Shown: positions 13,111-27,106, counted from the first letter of the stretch. The stretch is 64,000 nt of DNA from Lingula anatina (GCA_051362555.1 CM120648.1:14752587-14816586); one strand, 5' to 3'. Numbers and translations are program-made. Notes: a model not told the origin generated them from the letters alone.

Positions 13111-13840
13111 TCGCGCCCAGTGATTTCTCTCGCTGTGAAGCAATGGTTACGCCGAAAGAGAGCGCTAGAATCTGAAGTTAGTATAGTAATTAACTTGCAA
13201 AATATTTAAAGAGAATTTATACAACATGTTTCAAAACTAGTTTTCTTTCTGAACCCTTTAGCGTGTCTAATACAACACTCTAGATTAAAATTATTTTGTA
13301 AAAAGAAGAATTTAGCAAAAGAAACCAATTTAAAAACAGATTCAAGTAAAGAAATATGACATTTAGCGTTATTCTGGAGGTAGCGCATGGGTCATTTCAA
13401 AATTAGTACAACTATGTGCCCCTGTATGTGCGTGGAAGAAGGTAGAATAAATGTTTTGCATTATGTGTGCATATTGACAGATTCTTTTACTGTCAAAGTC
13501 TGCTTTCCACAAAATAATAAATAAAGAAATAGAATGATACTAATTCATCTTCATTAAAGGTGACATTCGTGTTGTGGTTAGGGTACATGTAAGTGGTTTA
13601 ATTTTTGCGGGGCTAAATGTTAGCAAGGATCTGTAATAATAAGTGGATGGGAAACAAAAATATAACTGTAAACAAAAACATTACTATCTTATTTAACAAA
13701 CAAACCGCCACTTTGCTCTTGTAACTATTTTTTTAGTTTATTCTATTGCAGTAAAGCGTGGATAAAATAGTTCAAAACGCCCTCACAGTACCGTTGTTTT
13801 TTTCGACTTCAGCTGCTGGGGTTAGGTGAAGAGGAGAGGA

Positions 13841-14010
13841 CAGGGGCAGATCCAGGATTACTAGAAGGGGGGCGGAACACCAGGTCTCGGATGCGAAGCC
13901 GACTATCGCCCCCTTGGTGTGGGATTTGGGGTCTGCTCAACGGTACCGACAAAAACGTGGTGTTTTGGAGAGCAAACAGTGCAACCGGATACCTGATTAC
14001 TAATTTCAGG
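13841..14010 (-). mobile_element. Truncated copy of the CAGGGGCGGATCC MITE family
   Basis: CAGGGGCAGATCCAGGATTACTAGAAGGGGGG...TCTCGGATGCGAAGCCGAC matches 10305-10390. The right boundary is approximate. Confidence 0.6.
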
Positions 14011-14245
14011 ACAAAGTAATTTACTCCGTTACCAAAAAGAAAAAAAAAAAGGTAGAAAGTAGTTCCTTTCCCAACATTCAAAGCGTGCTAAGACTGCCAT
14101 CATATCAGCTGTGTACAAATATAGCCTTGATATTAATATAATGGACAATAATGCTGACCAGGACCCTGTAACTCGAAAGCATAGTGCGTTGCGACCGAAC
14201 GCAAGTGTCTCGATTCCATAACTCACCCATACTCGTCCCATTTAA

Positions 14246-14513
14246 CAGTGGCGGATTTACAGGGGGTCAGGAGGGTCCTGACCCCCCCCCCCCTCCCTTG
14301 TCGGTTTCTGAAAAATCACATTAATATTCCCCTCTTGGAATTAGAATTTGAACTAGCTGATTTATAGTACTAAACCGTACCAAATACCAAATGGCACCGT
14401 TCGCCCTCTAAAATACCAAAAATTTCGGGGGCTCACCGGACCCGAACCCCACGCTATTGGGGGACAGCTTCGCATCCGCGGACCCCCTTCAAATAATCCT
14501 AGATCCGCCCCTG
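14246..14513 (+). mobile_element. MITE of the CAG(G/T)GGCGGAT family
   Basis: TIRs CAGTGGCGGATTTA / TAGATCCGCCCCTG. Homologous along its length to 10305-10580. Confidence 0.8.
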
Positions 14514-14655
14514 ATTTGTATAACTATATCACATGCCACATTAAAAAATAAATACTTTACTTTACCATTTTAGTGGTCTTAACAGATATATAGCCGGCTG
14601 TTTCCTATAACACTTCAATACTTGAAATCAGGGGTAGCATGTTTAACGGTCTATC

Positions 14656-15060
14656 GTGTGTGTGTGCACTGTATGTGTGTATGGATGTATGTGTGTGCAC
14701 TGTATGTGTGTATGGATGTATGTGTGTGCACTGTATGTGTGTATGGATGTATGTGTGTGCACTGTATGTGTGTATGGATGTATGTGTGTGCACTGTATGT
14801 GTGTATGGATGTATGTGTGTGCACTGTATGTGTGTATGGATGTATGTGTGTGCACTGTATGTGTGTATGGATGTATGTGTGCACACTGTATGTGTGTATG
14901 GATGTATGTGTGTGCACTGTATGTGTGTATGGATGTATGTGTGTGCACTGTATGTGTGTATGGATGTATGTGTGTGCGTCGATGTATTTTTTTCTGTGTA
15001 AGCATTTGCACTATGTGTGTGCACTTTGTGTGTGTGTGTCTGCGCTTTGCGTTTCTATGC

Positions 15061-15105
<45 letters not shown>
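14656..15105. repeat. 31-bp minisatellite (GCACTGTATGTGTGTATGGATGTATGTGTGT, ~10 copies) followed by degenerate units and (GT)n
   Basis: GCACT recurs at 14666, 14697 and onward with a 31-bp period. Pure (GT)n at ~15064-15103. Explains all the overlapping H/T- and C/V-rich ORFs here. Confidence 0.95.
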
Positions 15106-15107
<2 letters not shown>

Positions 15108-18100
15108 GCTTGGTGATCGGTGATAGCTACCATTGTGTTTGGTGAGATGCTCTTTGGCTGCATTGTTGGTGGCGATAAATCTCACCATTGCCACGCGTTT
15201 CATCGTCAGCAGGAGCACTTGAACCACTTTTGGTTATTTCTGTGAAAATAACGTTGTAACATGCAAAATAAAGGGAGGAGCGTTCTTCTTTGCAACATGT
15301 AGTAAATTAATCGCAACCTAATTCAGAATTATTATGTAGGGTAAACTTTAAGACTAATTATTAAAAGCAACGCAAATGTTGCGTTCGTAAAGAATACTAT
15401 GTATGGAGCACGGCATATTAAAATGGGGGTTGAATATCGATGCAAAGCGCTAAATGAAAACAAAATCTGAATGGGTTTCTGACTCTTTCCTAATTCACAA
15501 TGCCAATCGCCCTTTTCAATTTGATTTTGAGATAGAGAGAGAGAAAGAGAGAACAATACAATAATAATCCACTAGGAAAAAGTCATTAGATAAGGAACCC
15601 CTAAATATCATAATTCATCAATAACAGCATCATCAGCTATATTTTAGAACCAGATTTCCTGTATCACCTTCATTAACTTCCTCCATTCGCACATAGTTAA
15701 ACTCATTTCCGCGTTAGCTAAATTGTGACGAATTCGTGACATGCGATCCACAAAAATAGCATTCAAAATACGAACCAGAGTGGCTTCATTCCCGTAAATA
15801 AGAGTGTTTTCTTATTCCTTACTTTCTGATGAGCAGTTTCTACGTAAACAAGTCAGGGGCAAGTTAAGGCAGTGACTACAAGCAGCACTGTACATAGTAT
15901 CATTATTGTTTACAGTTTCCCATCTGTAGTTAAAGAATATGACTGCGGCAAATAGAGGTGCCGAGCTCACTCAAAGCTTGAATTAATAGAACAATCTACT
16001 TACTACTTATTGTCTATGTGGTCTGACAAAACCAAAACATTAGTCTCGGGCCGTCTTGGTCCATATAGTTTTTATTTTCTGACATAAGAAATCCTTACTA
16101 AAAGATGCATATGAAGTCAGAATAAAAGCCCTACAGCGTGCATATATTATTGATACCAGTTTCTAACATGACACAAATAAAATATACATTTAAAAAACTA
16201 ATCTCATAGGTAGCAGAAGAGGTTCTGATGTTTGATCCGTGGACTAGTTATTCCGCGGACCAATTGGTTCTGAATGCAGCCTGTCTTTGAAGAATTGAAT
16301 GTGTGGCGTATGTGAAATACGATTTAGGTGTAGAAGACCCCTGGGTCCTTGTAACGGACAGAAATCTAAGGCGGACATGTTAGATAAAAATGTGTGAACA
16401 TTTCGACGAGGATGATAAGCTGCGAGTTACCAGTGATAAGCATCTGGCTTTTCATATCGCCAAATGTCATGAGTTTTTTCCGGCCCAAATGCAGTTAAGA
16501 TTATAAAATATCATTCAGAGCCGCCATTACTTCTATTTCTTATTTAATCAATAGTACGTAAAAAGGTTAAGGCCAAATTCTACCGAACGCATGATAAAGG
16601 TTATGCTTGATATCATTTATTTCGTGGCAATCCGCACCAAAGCTTTTCTCCTCAGCCGCCGCCATCATATTACATCTCTAAAATGGTTAAATGTCACAAC
16701 TGATACCCCTTCTGTAAGTAAGATGTATCTCTCACTATTTCAGTGTATCCCAATGTCTGTCCCATTCGTCCTGGTACGACAATTATTTTAAAATCATTAA
16801 GTATGCAGACAATGGTTTGCCGCCCACGTAGATCGATACCGCCATGACGTCAGCACGTGCGTGGTTTAAGACTAAACTTGGTTTGGACTAGTCCTAGGCG
16901 TAGGAGGCGCTTTTTGGGCAAGTCAGTCACGAGCAGAGAAATCATAGTCTGAAGAAGCCTGTTTACTTTATTGAGTCAAATGTATATTTAGATAAATGTA
17001 TACGTAATGCCAAACTCCCATACCAATCTTTCCGAACGCTAGGCCCCCCTGCCCAGCAATCCATGCTGTCTGTAAGGGACCTTGGTGTGAAGGGGCAGAA
17101 CACTGGATATGGTTATTGTCAATATTGGCGAATTCGTTTAAAGTTACATGTAACACCAGGTGTAAACTGTTTTAGGTTGCAACTGATTGTTTGGTAAGGA
17201 TGCGGATAGTAAAGGAGACGCAAGCACAGTGCGGCTGACACTGGCGAGAGCTTCAAAAACGTCGTGATCACAGTCCGCGGTGTCAGCAAACCCGAGTGTA
17301 TAGTGCCTGGGTGATATGATTTCATCTCTTTTAGTCACTTGTATTTACATGCTTATAAATGCTTTATTCAGACTTTTTATAGGAGAAATAATATTTGTAA
17401 AATTCACTATTAATTCAAACTTTGTGTTTGTGTATTACAAAGGTTATTGCTCATGTTAGTTTAAAGATTAAGCTTGAGGTTTGTCTTTAATTGTTTTAAA
17501 GTACATTTTTACAATATCAAGCGTCAAAAAAGATGCACCGTCAGGCCTAATAAGCGATAATTTTTGCTGACACGAACCTTAGATTTCGGAGCACAAATAC
17601 TCAAATTAACGACTTCAACCAAACGCTGTGCTTGTGGAAAGTACTTTTACGTTGGGGTAGTGGCTGGAATCGTTTATTTTGGGCTCGAGTTAAATAAGCC
17701 TGATCGTGATGGATGTACTCCTTTAAAACGCATGTCAACACTTAATCCTGATTACGATTTCTTCCCCGGGCATTATAAAGCCATATCCATAACCATGTAA
17801 TCATATAAGTGCATCTTTCCTTTCAACTAAGCCTTGTTAAGCAGATTAGTGCTCTCAGTACTGTAAATGTTGAATAAAGCAGAAAAAGATCATTTTTACT
17901 GTCAGTACAATATGATGCACGTACATGGAAGTACAAGAAGTCACGACGGCTCAACTGCCGGGTGAACTGAAACACTGAAACTTGACATTGAAGAATTGGA
18001 CAGTTTCTCCATGTGCAGAGAGCCCCACCTACCCTGACCCTCACCCACCCAGGGCAATAGAGACGAGATGACACTATCCGTTCTATCAACAGATATATAA

Positions 18101-18385
18101 AATTCTTGTGCTTCTTACATTCTAGGGTAATTTTAGATATTATTTTCTGTGTCTATATGCATAGCGGATAAGTTTTTTAAAATTCAATTTCCACGAGCAG
18201 GCAGGCAAGTGCTTTATAAACTTGATTTTTAAAGTATATATCGGTTGAATAGAAACAGAAAAGCACGTGTAAATTTCTTAGAAAACAACCCATTGCTTTA
18301 CACTACATGTTTCTTATAGTTTTCTCTACTACAATAACATATTTAGTCCAAAGCACTGGTGGCACTCGGTTCCAAAACCTCGCTG

Positions 18386-18653
18386 CAGGGAGTGGTCACG
18401 GGATGTGGTCACAGTGTGTGGTCACAGGGTGTGGTCACAGTGTGTGGGCACAGGGAGTGGGCACAAGGTGTGGTCACAGTGTGTGGTCACGGGGAATGGT
18501 TTCAGGTGGTGGGCACTGGGCGTGGTTACAGCGAGTGGTCACAGGGAGTGGTCACAGGATGTGGTCACAGGGAGTGGTCACAGTGTGTGGTCACAGAGAG
18601 TGGTCACGGGTGGTGGTCACAGATAGTGGTCACAGGTGGTTGTCACAGGGTGT
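18386..18653. repeat. 13-bp minisatellite (GTGGTCACAGGGA-type, ~20 degenerate copies)
   Basis: Direct reading. Explains three overlapping low-complexity ORFs. Confidence 0.9.
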
Positions 18654-18759
18654 CTTTCGCCTTCTCTTGGAAAACTGATTATTCAGTCTTCACTCATGGT
18701 CGCATACTGCTCTCAGTCCTTGCTTTATGACAATACTGTTCTTCACATCTGACAGCAGT

Positions 18760-19140
18760 TCTCACCGCTAGGAACCGTCTACGTGGCGTCACAGGACACA
18801 CCGGACCTCAGATATAAGAAGGTTAAGCTTGGAAAGAAGTAGTGGGCGCGTAAGAGTTTGGAGAACAGCGGGAACAAATAATTTCCCAATTAGCTGCCTC
18901 TGGTCGACAGGATGCACCCCGTGTACATGTAAGTAATGGTATGAGGTGCATAGGTTACTATGGTGCAAGCGAGCTGGCAGTGGTCAACGGGAATCTTAAA
19001 GCAGAATAATGCATCCAAGTACCGGGAAAGATTTTTTATAATTCTTTCGAGAATATCTTTAGGGACCATGATCACCCACTTATGTTTCAACGCTACTCCA
19101 CGTACAGCCAATGCAACAGTAGGTTGGGTATATGCCAATC
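18760..19140 (+). pseudogene. Ancient Tc1-family transposase relic
   Basis: Frameshifted translation gives VWRT...CLWST..HP..VMV*G-CIGYYGASELAVVNGNLKAE*...ENIFRDHDHPLMFQ-ATPRTANATVGW. This is collinear with the Tc1 core motifs TVKHGGGSVMVWGC..G.G.L....G..NA..Y and FQQDNA.PHTA..T..W. Confidence 0.75.
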
Positions 19141-20246
19141 AGATCCAGACCCCCCAATGATCGGCTCAAAGACGCACCAGGTGCGTCCTCCAATCCAGTG
19201 GATACTGTGCAAAATACTAGAATGTGGCTTTGATTTTTAGCATGGTTGGTTTTTTATTGGCTGTACAACCACTAAAACTTTGTGAAAAAATCCTTTTAGA
19301 AGTTGAATAAAAATCATTGGTTCATGATATGCTTAAAGTGATACAGAAAATCATATCATGAACCCATTTTTTTTTTTTTTTGACAATTTTTTTGCTGGGG
19401 GGAGGGTTTGGTATATCTGCCCCTGGGTTCCCGTGACGGGCACGCAGATAAACTTGATGGACGATTAACTATCGATGCAGCGAGTCAAAGCCCGATAACC
19501 CGAGTGTGATTAAATCTTGATGTGTGCTTTTCCGGCAATATTCCCTGAATGTTTTTATCAATAATTTATCCATCAATCCCTGTGCAGGGAAGCTGGTAGC
19601 AGAATGGCTCTATCAGCGCTGTATCCATGGTATCTGTGTACGGGACATTGTTTAACTGGACACACACCATGGGATAAGGGATGGTCAATATCACGCCATG
19701 TTATTTAGTCATGAGACCGCGGGATTACTATATTCCATCCGTTGCCAGCCAACCTAATCCCTCTGCTGTCCCCTACATCCCTACTGTCACTGAGGCGAGG
19801 TCATCCTTGGTCATTAAGCTTTCCATGGTTAGAGTAGATAGTTACACGGTCTGCGGAGATGGTTCTAAAATATCTACACAAATGTACTGCATATTCACCT
19901 TTTTGAATTCGTAAAAGTTCACGGAATATTTTAGCTTATCACAAATCCATCAGTAAAAGATCTAATAATAAAAATAACATTATTATAAAATAAATTGAAA
20001 ATAAATTCCGTCTGCATTTTCGAATAAGCAATAGAAGACATTTCTAAAGGTCACCCGTTCATGTACATATATCTTGAATAAAATTAAAGTTATTAAAAAA
20101 TGCCAAGAGTATCCTTTAATTTGGAGAAATAATTGGTGTAAAGAAAACACATTGACAGGTCATTTTCGAACTTCGACATTAAAGACCGGCGTGCACGCCA
20201 ATTTCGCCACTTACATTCGGTTCGTTTTGGGGCAAAAAAAGTCCAA

Positions 20247-20490
20247 TTATCCTTATAATGCTGCTACTTTTCTTAAAAATACAGATAATGAAAGAGACAT
20301 AATAAAGGTTTAACAGTGAAAATGAAGAACACAGTGCAAAACAATAAGTTCAATTAATACTCGCCACGTTATCCTTATAATGCTGCTACTTTTGTTAAAA
20401 ACACAGACAATGATTCAGACAAAAAAAGTTTAACAGTGAAAATGAAGAACGCAGTGCAAAACAATACGTTTGAGTAATAATCGTCACGTT
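20247..20490. repeat. Diverged tandem duplication, 122-bp unit x2
   Basis: TTATCCTTATAATGCTGCTACTTTT at 20247 and 20369, with the following sequence collinear. Confidence 0.85.
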
Positions 20491-22481
20491 AAAGCCACTT
20501 TTAACACACACAAAAGTCTGACTCCATAGAACGCCAAACCCACCCACTCTAAAATTATTGTGATTCCTTAAACGTTGACCAATATTCACGACAGCACTGT
20601 TTCATATGTTCTCTACTGTTTTATTCTTTGTGTGAGAATTGGATTTATTTGTCAGCAACAAGGATATGTAGGAATGTCATTTTTTTTCTTTTTTGGAAAA
20701 TAAGAAGAAAAATCAAGAAGGATGAAAAAAATTGGGGTGGAAATAATGGGCAACCAAAGTCATGGACCCACCAGTGTGCTCTCTCTGTGTGTGTGTGGGT
20801 GTGTGGGAGGGGTTGAACTAGTGTAAAGTAACGCCAACAAGATAAAAAAAGTTAATTCGTTTTATGCTTTTTTGGCGTAAATTACACAAATTATCCCTTG
20901 ATGTTGTCATATGCATGTCTAGTCCAGATATGTGCTACATACATTGAAAGTGTTCACGACATAAGCTTACCTTCGTAAACCAAAAATTGTACGTAACCAT
21001 GGAATTAAGCAAGCGGAAGAAAGGTGGGGTGACAAATGTTAAATAGGACATGTTCAATTATCTTTCAGTCATGCAGGATGTCATTTTTCTATTGTAATTG
21101 AAATGCGGAGAATGTATGTTTACTATATCATAAAAGAAAAGAGTGACAGCTGTAATTCAAAGGTGTTCGATGTGTCACAGGCAAAGGCAGGCACATCGTG
21201 TAACCAACAACGATCAACACAGTGAATTATAAACATGATTGTCGTAAGGGGCGCGAGGTCCTGCCCTCCGTCAAGGTTTAATAATCATTCTATCACGTCC
21301 CCCGTTATATGCAGGATATTAAACGACTGCTTCAAGGAAAAGATGCGCCAAGTTGGTCGCAGAAGGTGTTAGCGCACGCGATCAGAACATTCATTACAGG
21401 GGCAGGATTCTCGCAGGACTAGGAAATTTGTTTCGGCTTTGCTTACACCAAAACCAATTAGTTTCGCTTCTGCTTACACTAAAAACCAATCAGTTGCACA
21501 GCACGCACGTACGGCGCGTTACAAGCTTTCATAAAATATCGTGAGAATGGGAGAGGTGTTGGTTAGATGGCTTTTATCACGCACATTGGTTTCATTAAAA
21601 TAATCTGTCAGTTCACCGATTTTGTCTTTGAAGGCAAGTTTCTGCGCATTGTCTATTGAAATGATTTCCTAATACCAAAGGAATGGCGTCCGCAATTTTT
21701 CACGTGTTCTTTCTCTTACACATTTTCTGAAACCACAAGAGATACCGCAAGACGTCATGACCATCGTTTAAGCCCACTGGACGGCGTCCTTTCTGCGTCC
21801 CATAGTGCGACCCCGTGTGAGAGTAAAAAATAAAAATAATACTTTGCGTGCCGACAACTGGCCGATCATTGAGCATTCGTTTTGCAACCAAAGCGATGTT
21901 TGTGCCTCCTTACTACGACCACAGCGATGTCAGTTTCATGGTCGCACAATGGACACAAAAAGGAGGCCGTCCATTGTAAAGGGGGTTTTACAGAGTAGCT
22001 TGATAGTCCTCTCCACACACACACCACATCAATATTAGTAATCCTCACCTGTGTGACAGCGGGCTCATGAGACAAATTTTCAAGGGGTCCTGCTCCACCT
22101 GCTCTCCTGCGTGTACCGAGCACATGTATTTTATCGTGCACTTCACTTCTTCAACTTCACTAAGAGTTCTTGGCAACAAATATATGTTAATAGTCCCAGG
22201 CATTTACTACATTTTCTGTCTACATTGGGAGACTTTTGCTAGACGAACTGACACAAAACGACCATACTCCAACTTACCCTCTTTTATGGGTTACATATTT
22301 AACCTGGGCACCAGAAATCTTGTCGTTCGCCAATTGGGGGATGGGGCATGGAATTCAATAGAAAAATCTAAACTCTTCTTAATTTGTCAGTGAACCGTTC
22401 GGCACTTGTGACACAATCAGTGCAGACGACACGACGGGTCACCACCATTCCTGGACACGATTTCCAGAAACATGCCCTTTG

Positions 22482-22624
22482 ATGGTAGGCGTAGGAATGG
22501 AAGTCCGGGGCACCATGCGATTAGTACAGGTTAGGGTTAGTCGGAATATTGGGATAAGAATATGGGGTGAATGTCACATGGCGTGAGAAAAAATAAACGG
22601 AGAACAACCATTCCTGTCACACCG
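22482..22624 (-). mobile_element. Degenerate copy of the CCGGTGTGACAGGAA MITE (see 59039-59210), with its terminus interrupted by another insertion
   Basis: ATTAGTACAGGTTAGGGTTAGTCGGA is the reverse complement of sequence at ~59135-59160. The copy ends ACCATTCCTGTCACACCG. Confidence 0.7.
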
Positions 22625-23660
22625 CATGGGCGTAACTAGGTATACGCACGGATGCACTGTGCGTACAATTTTTTGGCCAACCATGATATTATTTTATATA
22701 AATTTAGTGTATTTTTCACGGAATATAAAGAAAATCCTCTGCTTATTAAAGTCACCTGTATGTAGGCCTACAAATCCTCTGTATCAATTGTATAGGCACA
22801 ATTGTTCTGACTCCCCCCCCCCCCTGCAAACTGCCTAACAATGCCTGTAACCTAACAAGTCCTATCTTAATCGTCCATCTAACTGGAACTTCCTTTACCT
22901 CTTAATTGGAGGGTTCAGTGGCCCTCAACTGTAACCTTAACAAGTCCTATCTTAATCGTCCATCTAACTGGAACTTCCTTTACCTCTTAATTGGAGGGTT
23001 CAGTGGCCCTCAACTCTTCTGTACCCTCTTTCTTGAGAATATCTCGCTGGCGATATTTATCTCAGGTAAAAATCTGCCTGAGTGTTATTTTCAAAGAGCA
23101 GCTCCCGCAACCCTAGAGGCACTAGATAAAATCTGGACACCAGGTTTAAGAAGGAGCTAGAGAAACAAAGGAAGATTTTTCCCTGCAAAGCTTCAAAGAA
23201 TTTTGACACGGACTTGACCCAGCTTACCCCTCCAAACTAACAGGGTGACATTTGCAATTTTTACAAACAAATAATTAAACTTAGATGTACCAGAGCTCTG
23301 TCGTGTCGTACAATTGGTTGTTTTTGGGAGCCATGCATCCACATGCATTCATGTGTATGAAACCGTATGTTAGTTCAATTCAGAGGTGGATCCAGGATTA
23401 TTCGAAGGGGGTTCCACATATGCGAAGCTAGCCCCCTTTTAAATAAATATATCGTTCTGGGTAATAAGAATATTGAAACTTTTTTAATTGCGAGAATATT
23501 TCTGACTAAATGATGATTTTATTATTAATGGAAATTAAGCTGCGATGTGTGGTACATATGCTGTGAATACGCTGTCCTTCATCTCTTGCGTTAGTCTACA
23601 TTTTGCTGGGAATTTTAAAAATCTGTGCGTACAATTTTTAAAGGTCTGGTTACGCCCCTG
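22625..23660. mobile_element. 1036-bp non-autonomous TIR element with a 5-bp TSD
   Basis: TIRs CATGGGCGTAACTAG / CTGGTTACGCCCCTG. TSD CACCG at 22620-22624 and 23661-23665. Contains an 84-bp tandem duplication (22845-23015) and a nested CAGAGGTGGATCC MITE fragment at 23381. Confidence 0.75.
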
Positions 23661-25098
23661 CACCGGGTTAGTTATTTGTAGTTAGATATCTTGATTTGGT
23701 TAAATTGCTCTTACTTACCTTCTTTTCGTTATACAGAGTGCCTGATGTGCGGCATCTGATCAAATTTGAACTGAAAAATTTGGTGGTTTTCCAGGCCTCA
23801 CCACACAGACTTTTTCATCGCCGTTTCCAAGCGATTTTCATTTCCCATCTGTGTCCGCACGCCTTACAGATTTCCGCACTACCGATATATATTTCACGTT
23901 TCCGCACATACGATTTTCCCGTATGTTATACCGAAGGGCCACGGCTACCCTTTAGAAACAGTCCTTAACGTGAGATAAATTAATGCATGCAATGTCTTTT
24001 CTACCTGTTAGTGCATCTCACAATTAGTTTTCGTCTGCTAAATTTAAGGGTAAAATACATGATTTTCTGTAGCTCTGAAATGAAATGAATACAACAATCA
24101 TCGAATGAACTATGTTAAAGTGTTGAAGTGTTCCGCGACTCGCTTCACCGTAAAAACGAGACGCAAAAAAAACGGTATCTGAGAATGAAAATTGTAACGG
24201 AGTTCAAAGATCAGTAAATATATCGGTAGTGATGTGCAGAATATAGGGGTATGGTGCGGAAAATTGTTAATCGCGTTAGTCAGGCCTGCTGTAGGATTCC
24301 GATTTGGTGGTTTGCTAACAGAATAAAACTAATTTTGTCTCCCGTCGCGCGGCACGTGGACATGCAATATTTTAAGTACATTAGGGGATCTAAAAGGGGT
24401 CTTGAACTCTGCGTCCCCATGGGGCTGGCGTGGGGGGAGGGGGTCATAGACCCGCTCTTAAACTTGTATGATACCCTCGGAGCCAGAAATGAGTCTGGGA
24501 GCTGGAGCACGGGCAGAGACGCCAGTTGACAAGTTAACCTGCAGGAATCTCTGCTGCCGTACGTAGGTGGAGAAATTATTTTGAAATATAACCAAAGAGA
24601 ACACAGGGCTGCTTGCTTGCTGTAGGACGCGGGTACAGTTATTAGGGCAGGAGGTCCAAGTATATATACATGTATATATAATAAAAAGACACTCTCCGAC
24701 ATAGAATGACCGTTCACAGACAACAAATAAGACAACCTTAATATCAGTGCACGTCTGTGAGTGGGCATATTAGGGAATGCCCTATGAACAAAAACAAGGA
24801 CTTTACGGTATTCCCATTTTATAAATTCACTAGGGAAACAACCCAAACAGAAAGGGAAATGAAAGAAAATCTATTCATTAATAAGTATAAACCTACATTG
24901 AATAGATAAAAGCATTGGTAAAAGTAACAATTAAACACCTAGTAACAAATAAACAAAAACCCCTGAAGAAAGAAAGAAACCGGTCGGGGCAAAAAAAGTT
25001 GCTGTTCTTTTTTTCTTTTTATTATATATAATATTACTCGTTCAGGAAAAACGTTTTTACTTTTAATATATATATATATGTATTAAAAGTAAAAAACG

Positions 25099-25361
<263 letters not shown>

Positions 25362-27106
25362 TTTCTTAGTTCGTACCTGACGGGCTTAGGAAGACCTGCA
25401 GATTTCGTGTAGTGCAGGTCTCCGGACTTAAAGTATCTCCAAAGATGTTAATCTCCAAAAATTCTTAATTAAAGAGTAAAAAAAGATGTAGAACATGTAG
25501 ATACATAGTTAGAAATTGGTAAACCAGTTAAGTCATTCACTCCCCGATTTTGGATACGTTTGTATTGCAAGTTCCCTCAACGTCAAAACTAAAATGAAGT
25601 AATTTCCCATCACCGTAGGTGCACGTACATACATGTATGAAGGTCCGAACATGATTTAAGGTGAGACATGGGTCAATTACACAAAACAACCTGCAATTTG
25701 GAAAAGGTGGTCGTCCAAGACATATTGTTGAAGAAGACAATCACATAGAACACTGAATTTACTTGTGTGACATTTGACTAATGGCTTGTTCTGTTGGTTT
25801 CCAACACTGAGCATTCCAGTGAAATATGGGCTGGATTGAATCCGTGCCCCACGAAAACTTCTCACCGGTATCTCAATTGCTCCTCTCTTTACCGCATTCT
25901 GTAAACAGCGCGGTTACAATGCTACCCCATTGTTAGCGTTATGGCGTCTTTTTTAACCTTGGCAAAATGTGTCCAGGGAACAAACAGCCCGAAAGACGGG
26001 ATTGCATGCCGTGCATTATTGCGGTTCTGTAGATTTGGGAACAGTGCATATTAGACTTTAATGCGATCTCTGAGAAGAATTTCACCCGCCGGGAAATAAT
26101 GCGTCGTTTAGCTTACGTGTAAGACCTGAAAGTGTTAATCTAATACGTTTTATAAGATAATGGCATCCGTCCATTTGCAGTGTATTATTTATGTTCATGC
26201 TTAGGTATTCAGGCAGACAGAGTGACGGACAAACAGACAGACAGACAGACAAGGCTAAAATACATGGGGATGTTCACCAACTGGGCAACCAGCCAGTTCA
26301 GATAATACACAGGAAACTCGGACATTACATGTAACGCCATTATATCTTACTGCGTCGTTTATCAAATCTGGGATTTTCATTACCATTAATTTAATCTAGC
26401 TTCATTCACTAGGAAGCTGGCAAGACCTCGTGGTGGTTTTGTGATAGGTCAGTAGTTTAATTGTCTTAACGGCCGAAAATTTATACATGTACTTTGACAC
26501 CACATATATCTTTAGCAGTTTATTTCAATCAGGATGTATACATTATGTTCAGCTAGTTTTATTTAAAAGTGGACACTGTTCTTGTAGCAAACCAACATTT
26601 TCAAACTTTCGACTTTGCAAACTTCAAATTGTTTACCGAAGCTAATCACATATCCCCACCAACCTGCGTCCACCGTGAGATGATGTCAGTCCTGATGTCA
26701 TGTTGACGTGATACACAGATAACGAAGAGGCACACAAACAACACAGTTTACTCTCACATCCGGTCTCTGAAGGAACTTGCCGAGCAATTACTGGTAAATT
26801 TAGGTAATTTTGCAAGAAAGTAATGAGTGCCAATTATAATGAAGGTTGGATTTGTTGAAGCACATGCAGGTCAACAGAAGTTTTCCAGGAAAGACACTTT
26901 TAAATAGCAAGCTGTTGAGTGGGTGTTCATAAGATGTTTCGTTCCGTCTTTTCAAGGAATGATTAAATTTTGTCATTATATCATTAAAACGGGTAATGAG
27001 ATTTCGAAGTAGACGACCAATAATGGGGGAGATGGGTGTTTTCTGCTGTCCACCCGTACATTTACACATTGGTACATACCTTTGTACCAGAACATATCTC
27101 TTCTCC

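Noticed and set aside
14160-14220. tRNA/SINE-head-like sequence (..GTAACTCG..TCGATTCC)
   Set aside because: A/B boxes are too degenerate and no cloverleaf could be built.
14605-15227. Multiple His/Thr- and Cys/Val-rich ORFs
   Set aside because: Artefacts of a 31-bp minisatellite and (GT)n. The period is not a multiple of 3.
22525-22545. TTAGGG telomere-like motif
   Set aside because: Only ~2 units, and it is an internal motif of a dispersed MITE (also at ~59138), not a telomeric array.
24280-24846. 188-aa minus-strand ORF
   Set aside because: Non-ATG start, no recognisable motif and no convincing splice boundaries.
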